From Dipteris shenzhenensis (taxonomy: Eukaryota), in the NCBI GenBank assembly GCA_047967505.1, contig CM106538.1: 64,000 bases of DNA; one strand, 5' to 3'. This document shows positions 1 to 11,949 of this stretch, one piece after another (positions within the stretch are counted from its first letter, which is position 1; each line of letters starts with the position of its first letter). The notes under the pieces are model-generated. The model searched no databases. It worked only from the letters and a program-made list of their open reading frames with translations, and had not been told where the DNA came from. The translations under genes were made by a program, and so were the position numbers.

Positions 1-354
1 CATAAACACCTCAACAAGGAAGGTGTAGGCACTCTATTGATTAGCTATGGGTGATTTCATGAATATTTCTAATGGCCATTATTATTACTAGGATTCACAC
101 TAAGATTCAAGCTTTTCTAACAAAAAATGACTTAGAATTTTATTGCGAAAGACAAATAGCATCAAAATTAACATAAGATAAAGCATGAATGTAGGTCCAT
201 TGGAGTTAGATTGATCTTAGAATTAGTATCACAAATTTCCATGGTTTCACCACCACCTATTTCGAATCTAACTTTTACAAAAACATTTGCATCTATAGCA
301 AGGCTATTGATTTTGGGAAAATATTTGTTAGGGCATAGCCAATTCCCTCAACCA

Positions 355-398
355 CATGTGCGTGCGTGTGCGTGTGCATGTGTGTGTGCGTGTGCGTG
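355..398. repeat. alternating purine/pyrimidine (TG/CG)n microsatellite
   Basis: catgtgcgtgcgtgtgcgtgtgcatgtgtgtgtgcgtgtgcgtgc; similar tracts at ~46884-46935 and ~47710-47830. Confidence 0.85.
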
Positions 399-1790
399 CC
401 TTTTGTCTATACAAATTGACCTTTGAGCCTCATGTGGGGTTCCTCCCCTTCACTAGGACCTACCTACATGGATCGCACAACCCCTTCGACATCTACCACA
501 GCTCTCACATCTTATACAACCCTATCAGGGATTAAATAAGTACATCTATTTTGAATAAAATACATACTTTTTTATTTAAAATTGCATCCCGATGCCTTAA
601 ATGCAAAAAAACACTTTTTTTCCACCAATCAAACGTGACTTGTCGACCGGGAAAATACTACAAGGTATGCCCAGTTACCGTGCGATATATCCCTCCTCAT
701 ACTATGCGGTGTAACACCACATCGTGGAGTATGTATCATATCACATAGTACCATACCCCTACCGTGTGATGCATTTTAAGACACCACATGTCACATCAAG
801 GACCGTTCAATTTTCTAGAGTTTCCAATCATGGCTGTTGAGACACTGCACGGTCAGTGGAGGTACCATGTGGTATCTCTATGATAGGTCATCAAAGATTC
901 CCACCCTTGCCCTTGCATTCTTTGCAAATGAACCGCATGCACAGTTGTCACTTCCGTCTGTCTGTCCGTCTGGTGAGTTTCCATCCTTTGGTGTTAATTA
1001 GTCGAGCCAAGTGATGGCCCACCTTGGTAGGTCAAAATCACCTTGTCGTGGTTGACTGTAGGATGTTAGAGAGGGAAAGAGATAGATATATATAGAGAGA
1101 GAGAGGGAAAGAGAGAGAGAAAAGAAAGAGAAAGCAAGAGATGCATGTTTGTGTATCAGTTAGGCCTAGAGATGACCCACTTCGGTCGGGCGAAATCGCC
1201 TCACCTCAACTAACGTGTGTAATAGAATAATAAAGATTGAAGCCAGGTGATGGCTTGCATCTACCAATTGGTTCCACATGTTTTGATCTTCTTATATATC
1301 ATATCTATTTATGTATTATTTATATACATAGGTGTCAGTGGAGTCGAGTTTTATCCAGATGATGGCTCGCTATTGCCGGTAATTCTCGTATAAGTTGAAT
1401 GACATATGTCCATTTTGTTAATGGATTTTGGAGATGATGGAATAAATTATAATATGTTCCCATGCTGTATTGCGCGTATTTGCAAATTACTATCTTTTTT
1501 AATGTTAATTTTTCAAAAACAGAGTTTTGAGTGCTGTATTTTAAATGTTACGATATTCTTAAATGTTGAGCGATTTTAATCATTGAGTTGTTACAAATTG
1601 ATACTCTTCAGACGCTCTGCAATCGCAAACATGTTAGTGATCTTGCTCTCCATCCTGGCTACCCTCGTATTGATCATGCTGCTATATGGCATGTTCACTA
1701 TTTTGTGGTAATCTTGGCACCATCGTAATATTTAGCACTTGCTTTATAAAAAGTTTTTGTTGGCTGAAATGAATCTCATCATGTTTGCAG

Positions 1791-2039
1791 CATATTCTCT
1801 ATGCACATGGACAATGGTTTGTACAAAATTGAGGCCCTTTGTCCATTTGGAATACACAAGGCATGGAGAAGTTGCACTATAGAGCCAAGGTAGCCTACTT
1901 CAAGAACTCAAGGCATGGTGGTGGTGTCACTCGTAGCAATGCATTGCATGAGATGTTCGACTGGTTTTTTAGATGTTTACTAGGAAGGACTTTGAATTCT
2001 GAAAAGGCAAAGGCATCAGAACTTGTAAAAGCAGTTTAA
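1791..2039 (+). pseudogene. C-terminal fragment of a RAG1/Transib-like DDE transposase
   Basis: After a tttgcag acceptor the frame reads HILYAHGQWFVQN*GPLSIWNTQGMEKLHYRAKVAYFKNSRHGGG. This resembles the RAG1/Transib HxxxxH..G.(I/L)..W..(E/Q)GxE segment that carries the catalytic Glu. One in-frame stop. Confidence 0.5.
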
Positions 2040-2049
2040 ATTATATCAT

Positions 2050-2695
2050 AATTTCAATGGTACAAAAGGATTAGTGAAAGATGTACTCTATGCTCCAAAG
2101 CTCAGCAAGAACCTCTTGTTATTAGTAGGTCAAATGATGGAACATAACTACCGAGTCATCTTTGACGGAGATGAATGCACTATCACAGAAAACTCTAAAA
2201 GATCGAAAAAGGAGTCAAGGAAGGATGCTTGTATAGAATGCTCGCTATAGTACCAGATTCACATGCCACATCAGCTCAACCATAATAGATGCCACTATCC
2301 ACAAAATGGCACAAGAGATATGGACATGTCAATTTCAAGAGCTTGCTAGATCTCAGGAATTAGAATATGGCAATTGTGATTCCTAAGCTATAGTTTCTTG
2401 GGAAAGTTTGTGAAGCATGCTGCTTCGGCAAACAAAAGCAAACCAACTTTGGCAGAAGCACCTCTTGAGCAAGAGGTATTCTTGATTTTATTCACATAGA
2501 TGTATGTGGTTATGCCCCTACAGCATCAATGGTTCACTTTACTACTTGACTTTCATTGACCACTACAACAGATATTGTTGGGTCTACTTTCTAAAAGACA
2601 AATCTGAAGTGTTTTCCAAATTTCAAGAATTCAAAGCCATGGTAGAAAACTAGATAGGCAGAAAGATCAAAGTCATGAGATCAGACAGAGGAGGT
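2050..2695 (+). mobile_element. Ty1/Copia pol fragment (pre-integrase and integrase core), degenerate
   Basis: [67 protein letters not shown]...KIKVMRSDRGG; ends abruptly at 2695. Confidence 0.85.
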
Positions 2696-3267
2696 TTAAA
2701 GAGTGATTAAAGGGAAGTGGTTAAAGGGGTGGTTAAGGACAAGGTGAGTGATTAAGGAGAGAGTGGTTAAGGAGGAGTCCTAGAGGTGGTCAAAGGAAAG
2801 TGGTTAAGGAGGGATGGTTAAGGACTGGTTAAGGAGGTGGGTTGTTAAGGGGGAGGTTAATGGGAGATTAATGTAGAGTGGTTAAGAAGGTGGTTAATGG
2901 AGGGTCTTACCAAGGGATGGCATTAGCCCTCTCCCCTGACTTGTTGCACGCGCAATAGGTGGTGGGGAGGGCTAATGCCCTCCCTTACCTCTATTAGCCC
3001 TATTACCTAAGTGAGGGCATTAGTCCTCCCCCTGCCTATTGAGCGTGCAATAGGTTGGCCCATGGGTGCCAACCTGGGGAAGGCATTAGCCCTCCCCCCA
3101 ACCTGTTATGCATGCAACAGGTCGGGCGCGGGCCCAGCTTGTTGCATGCACAACAGGTTAGGGTGAGGGCTAATGCCCTTCTTTTAACCCCTTTAAGCTA
3201 AGGGAGGGCTAATGCCCCCCTTTAACACCCTTGAATGCCACCCGACGCTAATGGAGAGATGCACCAT

Positions 3268-3271
<4 letters not shown>

Positions 3272-3310
<39 letters not shown>

Positions 3311-3640
3311 GGAGGACGGGAGAGAGGAGGGAGGGTGGTGATTGAGCAGAGGGAGAGAGGGAGAGGAGGGAGGGGCATCCGAGCAGAAGGGAGTGGGAGA
3401 GAGGAGGGAGGGCGACAGCCAAGCAGAGGGAGAGAGGGACAGGAAGAGGGAGAGAGTAGGGAGGGACAGCTGAGTGGGAGAGAGGAAGAGAGGGAGAGGA
3501 GGGAAGAGCGACCGAGCAGAGGAGAGAGGGAGAGGAAGAGGGAGAGAGCAGGAGGAGTGGAGTGAGGAGAGGGAATACCTCAAGAAGAGAGGAGTCGTCC
3601 GATGGAGGGAGGAGGATTTGAAAAAAGGAGGGAGAATAAG
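3272..3640. repeat. (GA)n microsatellite and polypurine low-complexity tract
   Basis: pure GA run at 3273-3306 followed by an almost purely G/A tract; it accounts for the low-complexity ORFs on both strands. Confidence 0.9.
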
Positions 3641-5229
3641 AGAATAAGGAAGGTTGAGATTTTATGGGGAAGTGGGCTATAATTAGGGTTAGGGTAGCTT
3701 TTTTAGGCTTTTTAGCATAAGTATAATTATAAGCCACTCTTTCATTCCAAGCTCATTCTTCATTTTACTTGGTTCTCTCTTCATCTCAACCTATTTCACG
3801 AATCAACAAAATTTTTCAAATCATGCAACCAGTGAAGAGCTTTCCAACCTACTGCGTACGCCACATCTTCCACCTATCAAATTTTTTGAATTTTGAATTT
3901 TTTTTAAAACTTTTTGTATCTCTTTCAACCTGTTGCATGAGCAACACCTTCCAAAAGTTTCTTTACTTAGTTTTTAAAATTTTTAAAGATTTCTGAAAAA
4001 ACTTTGCAAACTTAAAAAGTTCTATTAACCTATTGCATACGCAACAACTCCTTTTCTCTTTTAAAGAATTTCCCAAAAAACTCTCCCAAGCTATTGCATA
4101 CGCAACAACTCCAATCCTTTGAATTTCCTAAAAAACTCTCCCAAGCTATTGCGTATGCAACAACTCCAACCCTTTGGGCTTTTTCCACATTTATGATATT
4201 TTTTCAAAACTCCCTAGCCTATTGCATCCTCAACAACTTAGAAAGGATGCTTTAATTTAGATTTCAAAAACTCTTTACCAATAATATTATTTATCTATCA
4301 TATGATATATTAAAAATTATATTAAAATATATTATCTATAATGTAATATAATAATGTATTAAAATTTATATGAAAATATATTATAGAAAGGCTTTTTTAA
4401 TTTAGATTTCAATAAAATTATTTATCTATAATATAATATATTAAAAATTCATATAAAAATATATTAAAACATAGTATAGTTTATACTATTATATAAATAT
4501 GATATATTTATAATATATTATTTTTAAAAATTATTATTATTTATATAAAATTAAAAAATAATTATAACTATTAATTAAATAAAAATAATAAACATATGCA
4601 TTAGAGATATGTTAAACTAACTAATTTAAAATTTATATTATTGATATAAAATAAGAATAACAGTCTAATATATTTTTATTTTAAAAAAAGTAACATATTT
4701 AAAAATTAATTTGTGAATAAAACAATATTCTTTCAAACAATTGAAGAATATAAGTACATCATAACTTAATTGGTATGTACAGAGGCCTTAGATTTTCTTA
4801 GTTTAAGGCTTGTGCAGAGTTTTATACCCATAGGATATCATTTGAGTTGTTTGAAATGTGTACTTTTATGTTTTGTACCATGCATCATGCATGAGTGTTC
4901 AAAAACATTGCCCTCTCAGTTTAGTTTTAGATTATGTATCCGTCTCCAATGGATATAATGATACTTTACATAAGATTTACACTACATTAGTGTAGGACTG
5001 AGTCCATAAATTATCATACCCAAATGATATCATTTAGTATATGGTTTGAAATGCATCTTTCTCGTTTCTTAGCATGAATATGACATCCAAGAATGTGCTT
5101 CTTAGCCTATGTACTTGTTTTCGATGGGTATGATACTTTGTACAAAGGTAAAACTTAAGGCTTGTGCAAAGTATCAAACCATTCTTTGGCATGATTTAGA
5201 ATGCATATTATTTTTTACTCTATGAAATT

Positions 5230-6130
5230 ATCCTTAACCCTACACCCTACATCCTAAATTCTAAACCTAAACCCTTGAACCTAGACCCTTAATCATTCAA
5301 CCCATATTCTACATTCTAAAGTCTTTACCTAAGATGCTAAACCCTAAACCCTAAATTGTACAAACAACTTACTTCCTTTATTCTAAACTACCTTAGATAC
5401 AAAGCTATAAATCCTAAACCCTAAACCCCAATCCCTAAATTGTAAATCATAAACCATACAACTTATTCCTATATTCTAAACTCTTAACCAAGGATACAAA
5501 GCTATAAATCCTAATCTCTAAACCCTAAACCCTACAACCTAGATCCTAAACCTAAGAACCTATATCTTAGATCCTAAAACATAATCTCTAAACCCTAGAC
5601 TCTAGATTATAAACGCTAGCTGATGAACCCTAAAATACAAGCAATAATTTATAATTTTTTGTGATTTGTGCAACAGGCTGGGGTTGCACCCACCAACCTC
5701 TTGCATGTGCAACAAGTTGGTGGGTCCAACCCCAACCTGTTGCACAAATCACCAAATTTTTGTGATTTGTGCAATAGGTTGGGGTTGCACCCACCAACCT
5801 GTTGCACAAATCACCAAATTTTTGTGATTTGTGCAACAGGTTGGGGTTGCACCCACCAACCTGTTGCACATGCAATAGGTTGGGGGGGGGTCCCAATTTG
5901 TTGCACATGTAACAAGCTGGTGGGTGCAACCCCAACCTGTTGCACAATGGCCAAATTTTGGTGGTTTGTGCAACAGGTTGGTGGGTGCAACCCCAACCTT
6001 CGATACAAAGCTATAAATCCTAAACCCTAAACCCTACAACCAGATCCTAAACCTTAGAACCTATATCTTAGATCCTAAAACATAATCTCTAAAACCTAGA
6101 CTCTAGATTATAAACCCTAGTTGAACCCTA
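5230..6130. repeat. degenerate interstitial plant telomere-like (AAACCCT) repeats with a ~180 bp direct duplication
   Basis: multiple ctaaaccctaaacc units; block 5493-5678 is repeated at 6002-6175. Confidence 0.75.
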
Positions 6131-6175
6131 AAATACAAGCAATAATTTATAATTTTTGGTGATTTGTGCAACAGG

Positions 6176-9100
6176 CACTACTATACACAGGCCCTATTTT
6201 GATGCTTAAGCACCGACGTCTAGCACGCGCGGGGTGCTAATCATAGGTAATCAAAGTGGGATTAGTTAAGTGTCGCTATATAACGACTTTAGACAAGTGT
6301 CACTATATAGCGACCTTTAAAGAGAGTCGCTATATAGCGACACTTACTAGACTTGTGAATGGTCGTTATATAGCGACACTGAGATAGTTTCCTATAGCGA
6401 CATTTTACAGAGAGTGTTTTTTCCCATATCGACCTTTAAAGATAGTTTTTCCCAATGACAGTTTTTTTTCCTTTTGATACATGTTTGACCCTTTGAGAGA
6501 ATAAAAGTACAAGAGCATGTACATCAAGTTTGAAGCTCATATATTCATGTCCAAGTTTGAGATGAAAAAAATCAATGAGGATGAAGCCATTGATGTAAAT
6601 GCTCTTGAGCTAAGTCTAACGTGCCAAACAAGTCTATCTCTAACTCTATATCGAGTTGATCTCCTATATCATCATCGTACTCTAGCATCATAAGTTCACC
6701 TAAGACTTTATCATCCTCTTTAATAAAGTGTGGTGATTCTTGATGATCGTCATCTTCTTCCTCAATATCGTGATCCCCATCTTCCTCCTGTATAATGTCA
6801 TTATGCCCATCTTCCTCTTGGCTCATATTGTGATCTTCATCTTCTTCACTAGATCCATCTGGATCAATTGGATCTACTGGCATTGGTAGTGGCATCTCCA
6901 TATCCACATCTCTATCTGCAAAAATTGGTTTACTTCGTGGTGCAACTTGGATCACGTACCACCATCTTGGATCAGAATGATCCGGATGAAAAACCACCTA
7001 TATTGAAGATGGGTGCCAAATGCCATCAATTATATATATGAAATTATGCTTAAGTACATGTATCAATGGATCTTTAAAAATGAAAGATTTGATTAATTAA
7101 GTCATTAGGATGCACTTGCTCACAATGCTCGGGAAGAACAAAAGTATCACTTTCATCGATCCAAAGTTTGGTGGAGTCTATTGCAAAGAAACTGCTATTG
7201 TCTTTTCTCATTGTTGCATGGGGACCGTTGTAAATAGTTCTAAACCATTGAAATACTAAATCGTGTGAAATCAATTTCATAGATTTTGCATATGGTCCCA
7301 CAATAATCCAACTGCGAGGAGAGAAAATTGGTATCCAAAGCACTTGCTCGGCTATCTTGTGTGAAGTTAGCCATGACTCCACAATCATATGTGACTCTCT
7401 TTGAATTAATGCGTTCCACATGAAAATGTCATCCATATGACCATAATGCACTGTACTTTTTGTACTGCAAAAGAGCATCATTAAAACAATGAAAATGCAT
7501 CTATTTTATAGCATATATTGCCACAAATAATTACTTAATTACATTAAGAGGTAAGAAACTTACATGCATCATACATCCAGATGATAACTCTCACTGACAC
7601 TCATTTATTGTCTCTCCATCGTGTTCGGCTCTACGTAGAGCCAGTTGTGGCCAAAATCAAGTGACATGTGCGTGGGGAGAAGGGTGAGATCCGGTGAATA
7701 TGGTTGCAATCACCTATAAATTACTTCGAATCTCTTCCTTGCAACTATTCTTTCTGCTTTGGCTGCTTCATATCTCTGAATCCACTTCTGCATCTCCTAG
7801 CCATTGAGGATACAAAACTTATTGAATTTCTCCATTTGCTCTTCACTCATCTTTTTTTCAATCCCTTTTCCTTGGGGAACCTTGCCAACGATGCAATCAT
7901 CATCCTTGTTATGCCAAGCCTGTGGCATAACGAGATCCGTGGATATGCAAGAAACTCCGTGATATATACTAATGACTCTTGCACCAGCCATCCATCTACC
8001 ATGCTTGCTTCTGGTCTTGCTCTTTGCCTTACAAATCCCTTTAAAGTTTTCATAAACCGCTCAAGAAAAGACATCCACCGACTATGAACGGTACCTGCAA
8101 TGGCCACCTCATCAACTATTTGCACAAGCAAGTGCACTTGAGTTGTCATAATGCTCGAGGGAAAGTGCTTCTCAAGCAAGCATACGGCTTCGATGGAGTC
8201 AACCCTAGCCTTCTCGATTCTCAATGTCGAGATCTCTTTTTGAGATATCCACCTATTTCACATGCCCATGTAAGATATATTCATAATAAGTCTACAGATT
8301 ATTCAGCTTAAATTGAAGTAAATGAAATCAATGCGATTTAATAGTAAGCATACCTCACAATACCACTGATCTTGAATATAGCATCTCTAACATCTTCTTG
8401 TAATCACCCTTTTACTATAATTGGGAGGATGAACTATCAAAGCAACAAAGAAGTCATGTCAATAATATCATGTAATCATAATTACACTAACGCATCACGA
8501 TTCTCGATACGCTAATCCTACAGCTTAGAATACTTGTAAGACCTTGTGCCAATCATGGGACTTTGAGCCCACTAAGCTTATTGTCCTTTGAAAATGCTCC
8601 TTTCAAGCAACACATGTACCTTGTGGGTTTTTGAAAAGAGGCAATGTCTGCCTTGACTACCGCTGCCTCCTCTCTCTTGGAGAGGATCCATGTTACTTTC
8701 AGGAGGACAACTTTTCCCAAAGCACATACTTGGGGCCACAAATGAGACATCCTATTCATAGCACACAAGTCTTCTCGCACTCCTCCTGAGTCTTTGGAAC
8801 CAACCAAGTGTTCCCAAATAGTAGCCCCCGCATCCTTGAAGATATGCATGGGATCCAAGAGATGATTGATTTGTAATTGACCCTGATAAGGAAGCTCATG
8901 AAAGATGGATAGCACTCTTCAGACCACGAGGAGGTTCCTCTCCATTCATCCTCCAAGCATAAATCCAGTCACTTGTCTTCAAATATGGTGGTGGTGGATC
9001 AAGCTGGCCTCCACATGCGAGATGGTCCAGTGGAAGGTATTGAGCGTGACCTTCATAAACATTTTTCCTCATATGTTTGGAGTATCATGCAAGCGGTTTC

Positions 9101-9895
9101 AAATCTGGTCCACAAATAGGACAAGCATAGTACCCACTTGTAACAATTCCTACATGCGTGCATGAATGTGTTAGCATAAGACATGCACACGAAAGAGAGT
9201 CATAAAAGCATAATCCTATATTATACATGTAAAGACACAACCACGTACCTGCGCACTCTCCATATCCTGGGTAGTCATGCATGGTCCACATCAAGATACC
9301 CCTGACCAAAATATCATTGGTATGTCTAGGAGCTCTAAAAATATCAAAGACCTGCACTCCTCTCCATAAGATCTATAACTCCTCTATCAAAGGTGCCGTG
9401 TACACATCCATATTTTTGGTCTTGTACTTCCCTGGCACAAGTAGTGCAAGCATGAGGTGTCCCTTCTTTATTTTTAGTCATGGTGGGATATTGTAATTCA
9501 CCAAGACTATGGGCTATGTCGACCAAGATGTCGAGCGTAACCCGAAAGGATTCAGGCCATATGGCGAGCCCAAGATGTAAGTTGTGTGGCTCCCACGCAA
9601 AGTTTGACCACTGATTGTCTATGTGCTTCCAAGCTACACAATCTACAGGAATCCTCAATGTGTCATCAGTGGAACGATGAGATGCATGCCAAGTCATCAA
9701 CTCCACTATGGATTTGCATTGGAACATGTGTTGTATTCTTGCAATGATGGGAAAGTGTCTTAAGACCTTTACCGACACCTGCTCACCTTGCAAGTCATCT
9801 CTATATCATTGTTCCCCATACTTTGGACAACTAGCCAAATCTCTATGCTTATGACAAAAGAGAATACAGTCATTATGGCAAGCATGGATGGTATC
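6176..9895 (-). mobile_element. CACTA (En/Spm) DNA transposon, one terminus present, truncated at ~9895
   Basis: terminus CACTACTATACAC at 6176; sub-terminal direct/inverted gtcgctatata/tatatagcgac motifs at 6270-6430; TnpD-type coding sequence on the minus strand; I did not find a matching second terminus in the window. Confidence 0.9.
6572..9895 (-). pseudogene. CACTA TnpD/Tnp2 transposase (Transposase_21, DUF4218-like and DUF4216-like regions), multi-exon, with stops and frameshifts
   Basis: IHACHNDCILF, LRHFPIIARIQHMF, RGILMWTMHDYPGYG, HLLDPMHIFK, HDWHKVLQ/FILPII, VHLLVQ..VHSRWMSFLERFMKTLK..RARPEASM, EQ/VVFHPD..WWYVIQVAPR; GT-AG introns at 9150-9248, 8434-8533, 8253-8353, 7465-7563 and 6998-7115. 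Confidence 0.9.
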
Positions 9896-9994
9896 CCAAA
9901 CCTCTGAAAGGGCTGCCTCAATCTGCAAGATCCTCCCTGCACTCCCTCTGAGATTTCCTGTCAACCTTGATTTAGTCTCCTCTGGTTTTCTTGT

Positions 9995-10859
9995 TTTGAG
10001 CAGGCGGTTGTTTGAAAAACCCCATATGCTATGAAAACTACAAGTTTCTTTTATGTCTACGCAATTGTGTCTACTTTTGCATTGCACTTCATTCACTTTC
10101 ACTTGATGGAACACTTTGTGCACTACACTATTCTTGAGTCTTTGTTTATTACAGTATGTTGATTATGCCCCTATGGAGAGGTTGGTTGTGAGCCATAGGG
10201 GTTGGTTTTGAACCATATTAGAGCATTATGGGCATCATCGATCTTTTCTTGAGGGCATGTTGATTGGTGTCTAAACAGAGCTCGCTTAATACTTGCATCA
10301 CATCCATCTTGTTCACCCTTGCCATAGCTAGACCCAAAGAAATTCTAGGTCATGTTTAGACCATTAGGGATTTAAACCTTGAGATAAAGTAGGATCCATG
10401 GGATGATTTAAACTGAGAGGAAGCACCATCTGGCCATACCCAATGTTGTTTTATATTTTCTTACAAATCGGGATCATCATTTTTTAGCCATTCCCAATGC
10501 AATAGAAAAGTATGCTACACAAATAATGTGTCATCTTCCCTATCATCATTTGAATTGTAGAAATGGTATGTGCGTTGCACTAACATGGACTTTGAGTCAG
10601 CAATAAAATTGGCATCAGTCATACAGAAATCAAGCAAATGATTGTACATGATATGCACTAGAATTGCTATCTACTTGTTGTACCAATGAGCACTTTGGAG
10701 CTCATCTTGCTCAATGTCATGGTGTGTAGTCTCACTAGTGACTCACGTGTCATGGGGATATTGAAGTAATGCCAATGGAACCTCCACTCCAAGATACTCC
10801 TTGTGAGAGTGATGCAAAGCACAAGCCATCTGCATGTGTCACTCAAGCGGCTCTTGAAT
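9995..10859 (-). pseudogene. Sola2-like DDD transposase fragment
   Basis: EQDELQSAHWYNK*IAILVHI, YHFYNSNDDREDDTLFV, HWVWPDGASSQFKS, NFFGSSYGKGEQDGCDASIKRAL, IKETCSFHSI; these match the Q.E.QS.HW / SDG.xxQ(F/Y)K / FF...HGKG..DG.G..KR pattern I associate with Sola2 transposases. Confidence 0.65.
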
Positions 10860-11634
10860 TGTTGCAATGTGTTTCTACGAGAGAAACACAAAAGAGGGGG
10901 AAGGGGAGAAGGGAGGGGAGAAGGGAGGGGGAGCAGGAGGAGGGAAGGAGAGAGTGAAGGGGGATGGAGTGCAAAACACAAAGGCACTACAAGGGAAGCA
11001 AGAGAGCACCCAAAGACACTCTTGAAGAGAAGAGAGAGCTTGTATTCCAAACTTGTGCATACAACAATGAAGTCCAAAGTCAAACATTTGGCCTTTTATA
11101 CAAGTCACCTTTTGAAGGGAGGGCCAACTCTTTTCCTTTTTTCACTCTCCCTCTCTTTACATTCACAACCTGCTCTTGGGCACATAGGGTGCCAAGGCAT
11201 CTTCTCTATCCTTTCCTTCCCTCTTTCTATTGTAGCTCCTGTTGTTACGCTTCTCTGTGTGTTGAAAATAGCACTTGTGCTAACCATATAAGAGCTCTTT
11301 GGACAATCTTGGAATTAGGAGGTGCTCCTGTCAGGGCATTTGGGATAAACTTGAGGTGCTCATGCCCGGGTCTCAAATAGCTTGTGTTAATCTCGCCCAT
11401 CCTAAGCCATTTGAGGCTTAAAACCCAGACATGAGGCTTAAAACTTGGATTGGCGAGATTGATCTTGAGCGATTTGTGGCTCAAAACCCATAAAGATTGT
11501 AACTATAACTCATAAATCCCATAGTTGTGCTCCATGGTGGCTACAGCTGTTAAATGAAGCCTAATCAACTCTAAACACTCATTATCTTACATTCGACTAT
11601 ACCATGCATTCTGGGGCTGTAGTGGCTATTAACA
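10860..11634 (-). repeat. probable 3' LTR of the Gypsy element
   Basis: the minus strand begins TGTTAATAGCC directly after a purine tract GGAAGGGGGCA (plus-strand 11635-11645) and ends ..GCAACA at 10860; shares sequence with 32786-33071. Confidence 0.6.
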
Positions 11635-11949
11635 TGCCCCCTTCCTGTTGTTGAGCTGCCCTTGGATCAACCACACTGGAGGAGATGGGTGGAGAGGACC
11701 GCCATCTTGAGGACTGCGTAGCAGTCTACTAATTTGCGAGGGGTGATCCAAACGAGCAAAACTTCCAAATGTGGGTGGCATGCATGTCCTCATACATGTG
11801 AATGTTATGGCCATGGAGATAACGGACTCGAAGGTAGAGGCGAAGGTCCTAGAACTGAGAGGGGCCAATGTCGGGGTTGAAGACAATCTGGTTATTAAGA
11901 TTATGGAGCTTGTTGTCAATCGGTCAATCGTGGGTGAAGATCACAGACA

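Larger units (their letters stand above)
2696..6175. mobile_element. non-coding, highly structured repeat element (probable arm of a DNA transposon; class unassigned)
   Basis: gtggttaagg arrays (2700-2900); inverted ggcattagccctc/gagggctaatgcc motifs (2920-3220); GA-rich tract; AT-rich tract (4280-4760); AAACCCT-like repeats; palindromic aacctgttgcac..gtgcaacaggtt arrays (5660-6000). Starts where the Copia integrase breaks and ends at the CACTA TIR. Confidence 0.55.

Noticed and set aside
3193-3737. Glu/Arg-rich and Ser/Leu/Pro-rich ORFs (also 45457-45896)
   Set aside because: They are translations of GA/CT low-complexity tracts.
5630-6030. CRISPR-like or Cys-rich coding repeat array
   Set aside because: Palindromic units lack unique spacers, there are no cas genes, and the context is eukaryotic; the ORFs are repeat translations.
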